A stretch of 64,000 bases of DNA from Malacoraja senta (Eukaryota): positions 2,294,001 to 2,358,000 of the forward strand of contig CM076000.1 of assembly GCA_038087875.1 (NCBI GenBank). The letters are read 5' to 3'. The notes beneath the pieces are model-generated. The model was not told the origin of the DNA and searched no databases. It saw only the letters and a list, made by a program, of their open reading frames with translations. This document shows, piece by piece, positions 1 through 12,824 of the stretch; the stretch's first letter is position 1; each line of letters starts with the position of its first letter. The position numbers were made by a program, and so were the translations under genes.

Positions 1-980
1 GCATGCGGGAACGGTGAGGAGAACGAACGACAGGTATGACTTCCTTGTCGGTTACAATGCTGTATTGTGTGGGAAGCTTGCCCAGCTGGTTGTCAAAAAG
101 GTCTTTGTATTGTTCGAGTAGTTGTTGGGTGGGACTTTGAGAGGTAGACAGCTGGTACACAGTTTTGCCGAAGAAGACTAAGTTCATATTGCGGCATGCA
201 TCAATGCCCAGAAGGAGGGGCACTTCCCCTCTAATGATGAAAAAAATCAAGGTTGTAAAATTGAGACGCTAGATGGCATTGTAATGTGACCGTACCAACT
301 GGTTGCAACTCCCCCCCCACCAAATGAATGTAACTTTGAGTTTGTTTTCATGACAGTTTCGTTGTTGTGAATTCTTTGGAAGTCTGATAGAGAGACGACA
401 TTACATCTTGGCCCGGTATCTATCATTGCAGCAACTTTGGTATTGTTGATACTGAGCATTGTCATGGGATCACTGTTGGTAGATGGTGAATATTCCAATC
501 AGCAGCTTTGGCTTGCAGACACGACCTGCACGTGTACGGTAGTACCCCTCGTGCAACGGTGTGGGGAGCAGCTCCCAGGTGGGCAGCATCTATGAAAATT
601 CCGAATTCCACTTCGAAGATGCACCAACGTTCGGCAAGTTCACTGTCGAACACCAAAGGATCTGGTTTACGGAAAGAACCTGCCATGGTTCGTTGTTAAA
701 AAAATTAACTAAATTCAGGCAAAAGACTTGGAGACGTGGCTCAAGACTCTGACACCATGTTTATGAATGATCCACAGCAACACACATAGTGAAGATCAAT
801 CTTTATTCCACAGGCAAACAGGAACATTCAAACAGCCAGCCATTCTCATCTATCTAGGCTGGCTTGTGAGAGAGAGAGAGAAAGAGAGCTGACTGACCTT
901 GCTAGTGTAAAGCTGTGTAGTTCCGTAATACCATGTAAAGGGTGGCATGCACATATGTGTAGTGGAGATTATAAATGGCA
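1..980 (-). mobile_element. Ty3/Gypsy LTR retrotransposon, degenerate 5' portion (5' LTR ~758-980, PBS 747-757, gag start 686, protease remnant), running off the window start
   Basis: The minus strand reads ...ACA|TGGTGTCAGAG, a tRNA-Leu-like PBS directly after an LTR ending in CA. Gag-like N-terminus MAGSFRKPDPLVFD..AERW.IFE.EF.IFI.AAH (686-). Aspartic protease motif AMIDTGPRCNV in ORF 247-498. AATAAA on the minus strand within the LTR. The outer LTR edge is approximate. Confidence 0.8.
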
Positions 981-2199
981 TGGATTAATAACGGTAGTCT
1001 ACTGAACCTGACTATGGGTGCTGTCTGTACGGAGTTTGTATGTTCTCCCTGTGAATGTGGGTTTTCTTTGGGTGCTCCAGTTTCCTTCCACATTCCAAAG
1101 ACGTACAGTTTTGTAGGTTAATTGGCTTCGGTAAAAAAATTGTAAATTGTTCCTAGTGTGCCGGATTGTGCTAGTATGTGGGGTGATTGTTGGTCAGGGC
1201 CTATTTCCGCGCTGGAACTCCCGAGTCAGCCTCTTCTTACCAGAGACCGCGGGCTTCACGATGTTAAAGTCCACAGGCCACGCTGTTGAAACTTTGATCA
1301 CAAGCTCCGCGATGTTAAAGTCCCGTAGACTCTGGCAGCTTGGAGCACCCGTTGGTCTCCAGGAAAGGCTGCCAACTCCACGATGTTAGGCCGCAGTGGG
1401 GACAGGGATACGATACGAAAAAAATCGCATATCCGTCGAGGTAATAGGTTGAAAACAAAGTTTCCCCAACCCACCCCCCATATAAAACAAACCACATAAT
1501 TAACACATACTAAAAATAACAAAAAAGAAGGAAGGACAGACAGACTGTTGGCAAGGCAGTCACTCTAGCACTTTGTGTTTTGCTCCAGATTCCAGCATCT
1601 GCAGACTCTGAAGAAGGGTTCCGACCCAAAACGTCACCCCTCTAATTTCTCCAGAGATGCTGCCTGACCCGCTAAGTCACTCCAGCGTTTTGTGTCTATC
1701 TTAAGAGTGAAATATTGTTTGTCTCTGCAGGTGGTGTGCACTTTGCAACTCTATAACTAAATTCAGCATGGGTGTTGGTGTATCTGGGGTCTCCACCATC
1801 ACGGCCAACGTTAGCATTGCCTGAGCACAGCTAGCGGGTTCTTTCCTAGCAGTTGCACAGGCAGGGTCGGTCGAGAGATACAACCAGAGGCATCGCTCTG
1901 TACGCAACATACAAGTCACAGGATTCACTCCCTTGATACCTGCAAAGGTTCAAACAGCTCAAGATGTTGTATCAGGTGAGCCGGACATGTTCAGCTTGGT
2001 GGGCCATTGGAACCAGTGCCTAGACTTTAGCTTAGTTTGGTTAGATTAGTTTAGTTTATTGTACATTGAAAAGCTTTTGTTGCATGCTAGCCAGTCAGCG
2101 GAAAGAATGTACACAATTACAATCGATCCATCCAGAGTGTACAGATACAACACAATAGGGAATAACATTTAGAGCAATTAAAGGCCGCACAGTCATGAG

Positions 2200-2465
2200 T
2201 GTATAAGGAGTAATACGAACCTGAGGGGCAACTGTTTTATGCAAAAGGTGGTGAGTAAATGGAACGAGCTGCCAGAGGAAGTAGTTGAGACAGGTACCAT
2301 CACAAAGTTTAAAAAACATTTGAACAGGTACATGGATAGGATGGGCTTAGAGGGATATGGGCCAAACACAGGCAGGTGGGACTAGTGTAGATGGGGCATG
2401 TTGGGCAGCGTGAGGAAGTTGGGCCAAAAGGCTTGTTTCCACGCTGCATGACTCTGACTCAATGA
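2200..2465 (+). mobile_element. CR1 LINE 3' end fragment
   Basis: Matches the CR1 ORF2 C-terminus and 3' UTR seen at 45060-45330 (aacctgaggggcaac...ggtgggactagtgtagatggg...atgactct tail). Confidence 0.75.
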
Positions 2466-3249
2466 CTTTGTTTTCCTCTGGGAAAATGGGAATGGGCCAA
2501 AAGAAAGGACAATAGACACCAATGTTTTCTGTTAAGGAACAAATCTGCCAAAACAGATTTAACAGTATGTGACAAATGGAAATACTTGCCTTTAAACTTT
2601 TTGCAAGGTATTCTTTCTATTCCTGTAAATAACATAATTAGAGACAGACTTCTGGTAGATGGTATTTTCCCAGTAACAAGTGTTGGGTCCAAGCCAACAC
2701 CAGTAATTGTGGACAAACATACTAAGCCACATACCCTGGAGATACCAGACTACACAGATTTCCTTTAAAGTATTTCATATATCACCTTCAGTCTTTTATT
2801 AGGAACTTGTTATAACCAAAATATTTAGTTTTGCATTCTAATAATCCAGATGTTCTTGAAGGCTTATAATGTAGAAAACATGTTTTGTTCACCTAGAAAT
2901 AAAAAATAGAGGCGGATTTTCTGTGTCTGCAGCCAAGTTCTGGGTCAGCATTTTGGGCAATAGGTCAGATCAGTGTGCATACCAAAAAATAATCTCCTTA
3001 AATTTCCTTCATTCATTCAAATGTGAGAATTGGGTGGTTTCTTCACAAAACAGATACTTGTAACTGGGCTGTTTATCCAGGTCATTAAGTGTACCTGGCC
3101 AGAATTCTCGACTCGAAACGTCATCCATTCTTTCTTTCCAGAGATGCTGCCTGTCCCACTGAGTTACTCCAGTATTTTGTGTCTATCTTAAGTGTACCTG
3201 GCCATTTGTGCTGTGATCTTGTTACGGTGGCTTAGATCATTTACTTTAC

Positions 3250-4070
3250 TTGAACAGAAAAGGCCCAGCTCACTGTGTATGCAGAGCAGACCCTGAACAT
3301 CCAGCATACTTGGACAGCAGTGACCTGGTCATCCAGTGTACCAGAACTAAGTCGTCCCACCATCATGTATCCGGGTAGTGGTAGCCCTGGCCATCTAGTG
3401 TACCAAGCCAAAGGTGCTCCTGGTCATCGATGTGTACCTGGGCAGTGGAGTCCTTGGCCATCCAATGGACCTGGGTGAAGGTACCGCTACCACCTAATGG
3501 ATGTGAGTGGAGATATCTCAAGTCATCCAATGGATCTGGGTGGAGATATCTCTAGCCATCTAATGGACCTGGATGGAGGTATCTCTAACTACCTAATGAA
3601 CCTGGGTGGAGGAGCTCTAGCCATCCAATGGACCTGGGCAATGGAGTCCTTGTTCCTCCGATGGACCTGGGCAGAGGTATCTCTAGCCATCCAATGGACC
3701 TGGGTAGAGGTGACCCTGGTCATCCATTGTACCTGGGCAGAGTATTGCTAACCATCAAATGTATGAGGTGACCCTGGCCACCCAGAATATCTAGAGAGAA
3801 GCGACTTGGTCATCCAGTGTACCAGAGGAAAGATAGTCCTGCCATCATGTTTCCAGGTAGTGAGAGCCCTGGTCATCCAGTGTACCAAGGCAGAGGTGTC
3901 TGTCTTCATGAATGTGTACCTGGGCAGAAATGACCTTGTGTTCTTGGATTTATTGAGCAAAGGTAGCCCTGCCATTATGTATGTGGGTAGTGATGAACCT
4001 GGCCACCCAGTGTACCTATGTGGAGATGAACCTGACCATCCAGTGAACCTGGGCAGTAATGGTCAGGCAT
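3250..4070. repeat. Degenerate ~33-bp minisatellite
   Basis: Tandem units such as ccatccaatggacctgggtggaggtatctctag and tcatccagtgtacctgggcag..gtgaccctgg, roughly 20-25 copies. Confidence 0.85.
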
Positions 4071-5357
4071 CTACTGTGGAAACAAGGAACACCAGATGCT
4101 GATTTACACAAAAAAACACTTAGTGTGTATGAGCAGAACTAGCATTAGCCATTCTCAGTGCTTAGCCCTTATAAAGATCCTAAACCATCTGCCATGTCTT
4201 GTTTTGCCTCACGAACATTCAGCAAAGATCAATATCTTGCCGGGAAGCCTTCTGATCCAAGCATCGTATCCAGTGAAGGTCACTGCAATAAAGCTCAGCC
4301 TTTTCCAGCCTCTGCTCTGGTGAACTAGTATCCTGTCTCTCCATGGTAGGCTCATAGGTTCATTAGTTCAGAAGACATAGGGACAGAATTAGGCCATTTG
4401 GCCCATCGGGTCTGCTCCACCATTCAATCATGGCTGATATATTTTTCCCCCTTGACCCCATTCTCCTGCCTTCTCCCCGTAACCTTTAACACCCCTACAA
4501 ATCAAGAACCTATCAATCCCCCGCTTTAAATATACCCAAAGTCTGGGAAATGATGTGTTAACACAATGCTTGGGTTAAAATGCCATTGACAGACTTGTTG
4601 CACCTACTTCAGCCTCTCCTGTGTATTATTCGATCTGTCTAAACTTAAAGCCCAGCCATTACACTTTGTGAGATTGTATTCAGATTTTCAATCAAAACTT
4701 GGCATTGCTTGTTCCTATGTTTCTATTGTTCATAGATATACACAAAGTGCTGGAGTAACTCAGCGGGACAGGCAGCATCTCTGGAGAGAAGGAATGGGTG
4801 ACGTTTCTGGTCAAGACCCCTTTTCAGACTGAGAGTCAAACTAGAGATATGGAAGGGCAAGATGTGAAAATGACATATCAAAGCAGACAATGGTCAAAGA
4901 AATGCAGAATGGTTCATGGTTGAGGGAAAAGTGATAATGAGGCATACAAACAGTAAAATTCATCTGGACAGTGAAATTTATCGAACTAGGTTCGGGGAGG
5001 GACGGAGAGAGAGGGAAAGCAAGATACATTCCTTGTGCCCCACCTGAACTCCCACCTACTTCTCCCCTCCAACACCCCCCACCTCCCCCTCCTGCTACTT
5101 TCCTCCCTGTGGCTTCTCAATCCGCATCTGAAACCTGTCTCAAATCTTCTACTCATCTCTGGCATTTGTTCCAACCATCTGCCTATCAAACAACCCCCCT
5201 CGCCTATGTTAACCTATTATCTGACACGCTTTATCCTGCCTCTCCCCCCTTCCAGCTTTCTCCCCCCCCCCCTCCCCACCAATCCCTCCAACATTCAGTC
5301 TGAAGTGGTCTAAAATGTCACCTATCTATGTACTCCAGAGTTACTCCAGAAACTCTA

Positions 5358-5658
5358 GGACAGCACAGTGGCGTAGTTGCTGCTTTACAGCGCTCGAGAC
5401 CTGGGTTCGGTCCTGACTACGGGCGCTGTCAGTATGGGGTTTGTACGTTCTCTTTGTGACTGCATGGGTTTTCTCCAGGTGCTCCGGTTTTCTTTCACAC
5501 TCCAAAGACGTACATGTTATAGATTAATTGGCTTTGTTAAAAATTGTAAATTGTCCCTAGTGTGCAGGATAGTGCGAGTGTACAGAGTGATCACTGGTCT
5601 GTACGGACTCGGTGGGCCGAAGGGCTTGTCTCTGCACTATATCTCTAGAGTATAAAGT
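5358..5658 (+). mobile_element. HE1-like tRNA-derived V-SINE
   Basis: tRNA-like head, V-domain-like core (ggtgctccggttt...cacactccaaagacgtac) and CR1-like tail. Same family as 10033-10335. Confidence 0.8.
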
Positions 5659-6724
5659 CGCTTTGTGTACCTTTTGGTTTGAAGTATTCAAATTAGTAGG
5701 TGACTTAAAAAAGGACTTGGTTTTCTCATGTATTTAAAAAAAAACAGATTTTGGAAAAAAGAAACTTCCCAGCCTGTCTGCGTAGTTGACAGATTCACAC
5801 CAGCATCCACATGCCAGCTGGGTTATGTATCTGTGCACTCCTTGGCCAAGACTCAAGTACAGCGGAGAAATTAAACTGCGGGATTACCCTGCAGTTTCTA
5901 ACCAAAACCTTTGCATCTGGTTTTCAGGAATGGAAGGCTGGCATTTAATTACTCCTTAATCACATAAAAAGAATAACTAGCTTCACTGTAATGAATTGAA
6001 GTTATGGCATAATAACAACTGAAGGTTTATGACACCATCCACTTGATTGAAGTTCTTATTAATGTAAGTCGAATAGAAAAAAAAGGGAACCATTTCTTTC
6101 ACAGAACATTATTCCTCAGAAACACAAACCAATGAAACTGAACCCTTGCAGAATTAATTGACGCAGTATAATAATAATAAGCATCAAAGTTGTTTCCTTA
6201 AATAAGAAAAACCTGTTCTGTGAGAAAGGAATTCCTTTGGCAGCTAGTCCTTTTAGCTTTCAATTTAATTTTGCCTCCAAGCACGAAAATAGCAGTAGTT
6301 AGTGTTCTAAAAAAAAAATCACAGTCCCCATTACTTCAGTGTCTGCCTGTAATTCTGAAATAAAGACCATGTGTCTCTCTGTTCACAGTGTACAGTAAAA
6401 GCCAGATGTTTCAACACATTCCACGGACATCTCCAAAACAACCAGCAGTGTTACCAAAGATTAGTTTAACCAAGAGAGTTAGAAGAATCAAGGGCGTTCG
6501 ATTGTCAGATGTCCCCAAACGGAGTTTAGTTGGAGTTCATAATGTTCAATAGCCTGATGGTTGTTGAGAAGAAGCTGTTCTTGAACCTGGACGTTACAGT
6601 TTTCAGACTCGTATACCTTCTTCCCCATGGCAGGAGTGAAATGAGAGCGTGACTGGGGTGGTGTGTTTATGACTTCTTTTGGGGTATACTGATATAATAA
6701 TCTTCCCATAATGTTTATAAATAT

Positions 6725-6985
6725 TGTGATGACACATCCCCTTTAAAGTCCGTTCCTATCCCGACCATAGGTAAATAAGCCATGGCTGGATCCGATTAAT
6801 GGTTATTGGACCAATTAATCGGATCCTTGTCCTTATAAACCCTGGAGTCCAGCCAGAGGGAGAGAAGAGAGTAAGCTGCTGGGATGATTCTTGGTGCTCT
6901 TGTTTGTTGCTGGAAATAAAGCCCATGGGGTTACTTCACCTTGCTGTGTGTTCATTGTAGATCTGGCGTCATGATAGACGCCACA
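6725..6985 (+). mobile_element. Solo LTR (probably Gypsy-type)
   Basis: Starts TGTGATGAC and ends GACGCCACA (imperfect inverted termini). Flanked by an ATAT 4-bp duplication (6721-6724 and 6986-6989). TATAAA at ~6834 and AATAAA at ~6916. Confidence 0.7.
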
Positions 6986-6999
6986 ATATACACACTTTC

Positions 7000-7720
7000 A
7001 TTACGCCAGACTCCTATTCTACGTCAGATTCCTTTCAATAAACTACAGCTCTGTTTTTAACACCATTATCCCATCCAAGCACATCACCAAACTTGTGGGA
7101 CTTGGAGACAGCACTCATCTCTGCAACTGGATCCTCGACTTCCTGTCCAACAGGCCCCAATCAGTGAGGACAGGGGACAAATTATCCTCTACGATAATCC
7201 TCAACACTGGTGCCCCGCAAGGATGTGTTTATTCTTTGTACACCTACGACTGTGCAGCTATGTACAAATCCAATTCAATTTACAAATTTGCAGACGACAC
7301 CACCATTGTGAGAATATTGATGAGACAGAGTACAGGAAGGAAATTGAGAACCTCATGATCTGGTGTCAAGACAATAACCTTTCTCCTAATGTCAGCAAGA
7401 TATAGCAAAGGAGATAGTGATCGGCTTCAGGAAACGAAGCGGTACAGATACCACAGTTAGCATTGACAGCGCTGAATTAGAGATGGTTGTAAGCTTCAAA
7501 TTCCTAGTAGTAAATATCACCAACGTCTACAGACGTGCCATAGAAATCATTTAATCAGGATGTAACACAGCATGGTTTGGGAACAGCTCCATCCAAGACT
7601 GCAAATTGTGACCGGAGAATTGTGGACGCACCCCAGACCATCACACAAACCAACCTCCCTTCCATTGACTCCATTTACACATCACGCTGCCTCGGCAAGG
7701 CCACCAGCATAATCTACGCC
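7000..7720 (+). pseudogene. Rex1/Babar-like LINE reverse transcriptase remnant
   Basis: [17 protein letters not shown]...[10 protein letters not shown]...YSLYTYDC...KFADDTTIV, followed by frameshifted downstream segments (WCQDNNLS; QTITQTNLPSIDSIYTSRCL). Confidence 0.8.
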
Positions 7721-9479
7721 GACCATCGATCACCCATTCACACCAGTTCTATGTTATCCTACTTTTGCATCCACTCCCCACACATCAGGGACAATTTGCA
7801 GAGGCCAATTAACCTACAGACACATACATTATATAATGTGTCTATCATTTGTGCTAATCAATTTGTGTCTATCATTATATAACTGAGTTTTGATTACATA
7901 GGATTAGGTTTAGGTTTATTATTGTCACGTGTATACTGAGATACAATGAGAAGCTTTTGTTTGTGTGCATTCTAATCAAATCAGATAATACACTAGTTGT
8001 CCTACCAGTTCCACTCCTTGGATTCCGTTCATTATCACCTCTTCCTCAGCCAACGGTGGGTCATTATGGGCTCCACCCTTCCTGAGGTTATCTGTTGCCG
8101 GCCCTGATTTGTTCTTTCCTTTTCTCCCCTCCAGTTTATTTCTGCACCCCCTCCACCTTTACTTTACTTTCAGTCTGAAGAAGGGTTCCAACCCAAAATG
8201 TCACCTATTCTTTTTCTTCAGTGCTGCTGCCTGACCCGCTGAGTTACACCAGCATTTTGTGTCTACCTTCAGATAATACTACACATTAATACATTCAAGC
8301 AAAACTCGTACAACAGGTAGAGCAAAGAGGAAGTTACCAGAGTGCAGAATATAACTGAGCATTGTAGCATAACTGTTCCAGAGAAAAAGTATAATGTCGG
8401 TAAGAGGTAGCTTGGAGGACCTAGCTAATGGATGGACCGTTCAGCAATCGGATTCAAACACAGTTTTAAATTTGTACATTTGGGTTGTTGGACACAATAA
8501 TTTGCCTCCACCGCCTTCTGGCAGGGTGTTTCCTGGTAGGTATCATTGTTGGCTAGGGAAGGTGTAATCTCAAGACTAAAACTTGTGCAGCACGGTGGCA
8601 CAGCGGTAGAGTTGTAGAGCAGAACCTCTGCTCAATAACCAGAAGTCTGTAGCCTCCTTTTGCTCTGGTATTTTATTTCATTCACATGTTTAAACTATAA
8701 TGTTTTATTCTTAATGTTTTAATGTTTTATGTTTTATTTTTAATTGTTACTGTATGTCGCGTTGTTACTTGCGAGCGGAGCACCAAGGCAAATTCCTTGT
8801 ATGTGTATATACTTGGCCAATAAACTAATTCATTCATTCATTCATTCATTTATTATAACATTTCAAATTTCCACTAAACATTAAACAAGGAGGTAAAAGA
8901 TTTGCATGTGGCACTCATCTTTAGCAACGTGTTAATATGCAGCTCGACAAAATTTGTTGCAATTTGTCTTGATGACAGATTCCAATCTTCTGGTGTTAAT
9001 TAGGTGACCACTGGAGCTCACCTGCTTACTACCTGCAGGAGGGCCTGTTATATATTTTAATGAACACTTTCCTTCAGACCTGTCCCTCGATACCTTGGGA
9101 GAATTCCAAGACTTCATCTGAAACAATAAACCCATTACAAAAATAACAGTTGTGACGTTTGACAATGCACAGCATTTCACCAAGAACTGAGCAACTATGC
9201 GTGAATGATGGATAACCAATTGTTCATTAAAAATACCACATTTGACAATAATCAAATCTGACTTGTGATACAGGATTAGCTCTTGCTACTTTTAAAGAAA
9301 TTGACTAGTCTCTTTCCGAGTGGCTGTACATGTGCAGAAATAACTACAGCAAGATTATTTAGTAACTGAGAAATGCAAAGGCTTTCAGATACCTAATTCA
9401 AAATGGAAATATTGGACATGAAACAAAGATTTTTTGTGTGACGAAAAGTGACGAACGGTTGATGTAGTGAATAGTGAAA

Positions 9480-9820
9480 GACCCGGATAGAGTGATTGTG
9501 AACTAGTGGGAGAGTCCAGAACCTGAGGGTAGAGCCTCAGAATAAAAGGATGTACCTTTTGAAAAGAGATGAGGAGGAATTTCTTTACTCAGAGGGTGAT
9601 AAATCTGTGGAATTCACTGCCACAGAAGGCTGTGGAGGACGCCACTGGATATTTTTAAGGCGGAGATTGATAGATTCTTGATCAGTACGGGTGTCAGGCA
9701 TTATGGGGAGAAGGCAGGAGAATGGGGTTAAGAGTGAAAGATTGATCAGCCATGATTGAATGGCGGAGTAGACTTGATGGGCCAAATGGCCTAATTCTGC
9801 TCCTAGAACTTATGAACTAA
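9480..9820 (+). mobile_element. CR1 LINE 3' fragment
   Basis: CR1 ORF2 C-terminal sequence (cagagggtg..aatctgtggaattcactgccacag) and 3' UTR (gatcagccatgattgaatggcgg...ggcctaattctgctcct). Confidence 0.75.
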
Positions 9821-10032
9821 GTAGGAGTCAGGGGTTTGGGGCATGGAATAACATCTGCAGGTTTCACCTGCTCTAAGCTTCCAACCATCCAGGTAAAAGC
9901 TGCTCTTCTACTCAAATTAGTGTGTGGATGCCAAGAGCAAGATAGTGAAGATAATACTGGCGCTCCAGGAGTTTTACCCTGTATGGTATGGTAAGGTTGT
10001 ATGGTAAAGGTATGGTAAAAAATTGTAGAATA

Positions 10033-10335
10033 GGGGTGGCACGGTGGAGCATCAGTAGAGTTGCTGCCTTACATCGCCAGAGACCTGAGTTCGATCCTGA
10101 CTATGGGTGCTGTCTGTACGGAGTTTGTACGTTCTCCATGTGACCGCGTGCGTTTCTCCGGGTGCTCCGGTTTCCTACCACACTCCAAAGGCGTACATGT
10201 TTATTGGTTACTTCGCTTCGGTAAAAGTTGTAAAAATGTTGTGTAGTGTGTAGAATAGTGCTCATGTACAGGGTGATCCCTGGTCAGCTCAGACTAGGTG
10301 GGCCTGTTTCTGCGCTGTATCTCTAAAGTTTAAAG
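10033..10335 (+). mobile_element. HE1-like tRNA-derived V-SINE, full length
   Basis: A/B-box head (ggtggagcatcagtag...gagttcgatcc), central gggtgctccggtttcctaccacactccaaag, 3' gggcctgtttc..gctgtatctctaaa tail. Confidence 0.85.
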
Positions 10336-10864
10336 TTCACAGTTAAATGCAGCCAAGATTTGCAAATCATTTTCAAAGGAAACAGTTATTAATCAAAGCA
10401 TGAAACTCCTAAATGTTATATGAACAATGTTTGATATTCTTTAATATTTAAAAATGTAAGAAAGGCAACTAACTGTACTGGACCCTTACCCTTGAGAAAC
10501 AAAACAAGAAAAGAAATGCATCCCTTTGATCTTGCTATATCTCAAAACCCATAAAACACCTCTTTGTTAAGGGTAGATTGCTTTAAAATCCAACATTTGA
10601 ATGATATCTCAACACTCTTCCATGATGGGAACAAACCCAATGTTAGATTGCATACAAACTAAGTTATCAGCTTGGTAAAGAAGTATTGCTGGGTTAAATT
10701 GGATAGCAATGCAAATTAAATGGTGGCATCACGTGGCAAGATAAAGGCGCTTATTCAACCTGGGGCGTGCTGTCTGTTCGTTATCATGACTTTGATGGTC
10801 AGTGGTATTAACCACACTGTTAACTGGCTCACACCATATTGGAACCTGGTTCAGTGAGTGATTA

Positions 10865-11180
10865 GGGTGGCACAGTGTTGCAGTGGTAGAGTTGCTGCCT
10901 TCCAGCGCCAGGGACTCGGGTTTGATCCTGACTACAGGTGCTGCCTGTATGGAATTTGTACATTCTCCTCATGACCTGCGTGGATTTTCTCCATGTGTTC
11001 CAGTACCCTCCCACACTCCAAAGACATGCAGGTTTGTAGGCTAATTGGCTTTGGTAAAATTGTAAACTGTCCATAGTGTGTGTGTGTAGGATAGTGTTAG
11101 TGTGCGGGGAATGCTGGTCGGTGTGGACTTGGTGGGCCAAAGGGCCTGTTTCCCTGCTGTATCTCTAAATTAAACTAAAT
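10865..11180 (+). mobile_element. HE1-like V-SINE, full length
   Basis: Same three-part structure, ending in a (ctaaa)n-type tail. Confidence 0.85.
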
Positions 11181-12133
11181 TAGCACCAGATCAAGCAATG
11201 CAGAAGTGATTAAAGGCAGGCTGCACCTCTTAAAGGGAAGGCACATTGCCAGGATTGAACTGGAGGTGGAAATCAATCACGGAGCAGAGGCAGCTTGCTA
11301 GAAGTAATGGTGTAGCCCAGGTGAGGCTGCTCAAGCAGATGCAGTAACGCACACCCTGGTAGCTGAGGTGAAGAAGATGAGAGAGATTCTCTATACACTG
11401 GGGGCCCAGAGAAATCCAGCACTGCTTAAAAAGTAGTGGAAGAAAGCAGCAGCTGCATACAATACTCTTGAGCAGAGAGTTGTAGATGTATCCCAGTCCA
11501 TCGCACAGACCAGACTCCCCACCACTGACTCCATTTACACTTCCATTGCCTTGGGAGAGCAGCCAATATAAGCAAGGACATGGCTCATCCCAGTAATTCC
11601 TTTTCTCTCACTGCCATCAGGCAGAAGATACAGAAGCTTGAAAGACTCAGGAACAGCTTCTTCCCATCTGCTATCAGGTTTTTGAATGGTCTTTCCTTAA
11701 ACTAGGGTACTGTCCGATTCTCCTCTACTCATTGAAGACATTGGACTTTGTCTCTGGAAAAGTATAGGAAGGAACTGTAGGTGCTGGTTTATACTGAAGG
11801 TAGACACAAAGTGCTGAAGTAACTCAGCAGGTCAGGCAGCATCTCTGTAGAAAATGGATGGGTGACCTATCCTTTTTCTCCAGAGATGCTGCCTGACTGC
11901 TGAGTTACTCCAGCATGTTGTCTCTGGAACTGTTGGGCTACAATGGTGAGAACTATATCCTGTAATCTGTATCTTTCCCTTTGCGCTGCCTATTGTACTT
12001 GAGTTTGGATTGATTGTATTTATATTTAGTATTATCTGATCTGATTGGACACATGCAAAACAAAACTTTTAGTTTAGTTTAGTTTATTGTCACGTGTACC
12101 AAGGTACAGTGAAAAGCTTTGTTGCGTGCTATC

Positions 12134-12482
12134 GGACGACAGATGGCGCAATGGGCTAAGTGTTCGGCTGGCAACCGGAAGGTAGCCGGTTCGAATCCCG
12201 CTTGGAGTGCATACTGTCGTTGTGTCCTTGGGCAAGACACTTCACCCACCTTTGCCTGCTTGTGAATGTGTGTGTGTGTGTGAGTGATTGGTGGTGGTCG
12301 GAGGGGCCGTAGGCGCAGATTAGCAGCCACGCTTCCGTCAGTCTGCCCCAGGGCAGCTGTGGCTACAGAAGTAGCTCACCACCACCGAGTGTGACTGAGG
12401 AGTGAATGAATAATGCGATGTAAAGCGCCTTGGGTATTAGAAAGGCGCTATATAAATCCAATCCATTATTATTATTATTATT
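12134..12482 (+). mobile_element. tRNA-derived CORE-type SINE with L2-like tail (AFC-like), distinct from the V-SINEs
   Basis: A box tggcgcaatgg and B box ggttcgaatccc. CORE-like gtgtccttgggcaagacactt. L2-type tail tgtaaagcgccttggg...aaggcgctatataaatcc(att)n. Splits a host repeat at gtgctatc|cagacag. Confidence 0.8.
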
Positions 12483-12824
12483 ATCCAGACAGCTGAAAGA
12501 CAATACATGATTACAATCAAACTGTCCACACTGCACAGATACAGGATAAAGGGAATACTATTTGGTGCAAGATAAAATCTAGTAAAGTCCGATTAAAGAT
12601 AGTGCGAGGGTCTCCAATCAGGTAGCTAGTAGCTCAGGACCGGTCTGTAGTTGTTGATCAAGAGTACTGTTTCACTGTATTTTGCTGTATGTGACAATAA
12701 TAGATCTAAACCTAAACTGAATGGATGCACTTGAAGTGCTACAAAGAGTTTGTAGCCACGGACAAGCCTCGGCCAGGGCACGTGAATATCTCTCCAAAGG
12801 TTTTATCTTTTCAGCTGAGTCTTC

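Noticed and set aside
3250..4070. CRISPR-like periodicity here and at 58787-59245 and 60690-60800
   Set aside because: Tandem units without unique spacers, no cas genes, and a eukaryotic context.
10033..10110. tRNA-like sequences at SINE heads (also 12134-12205)
   Set aside because: They continue into SINE bodies and lack a proper acceptor stem and terminator, so they are not tRNA genes.
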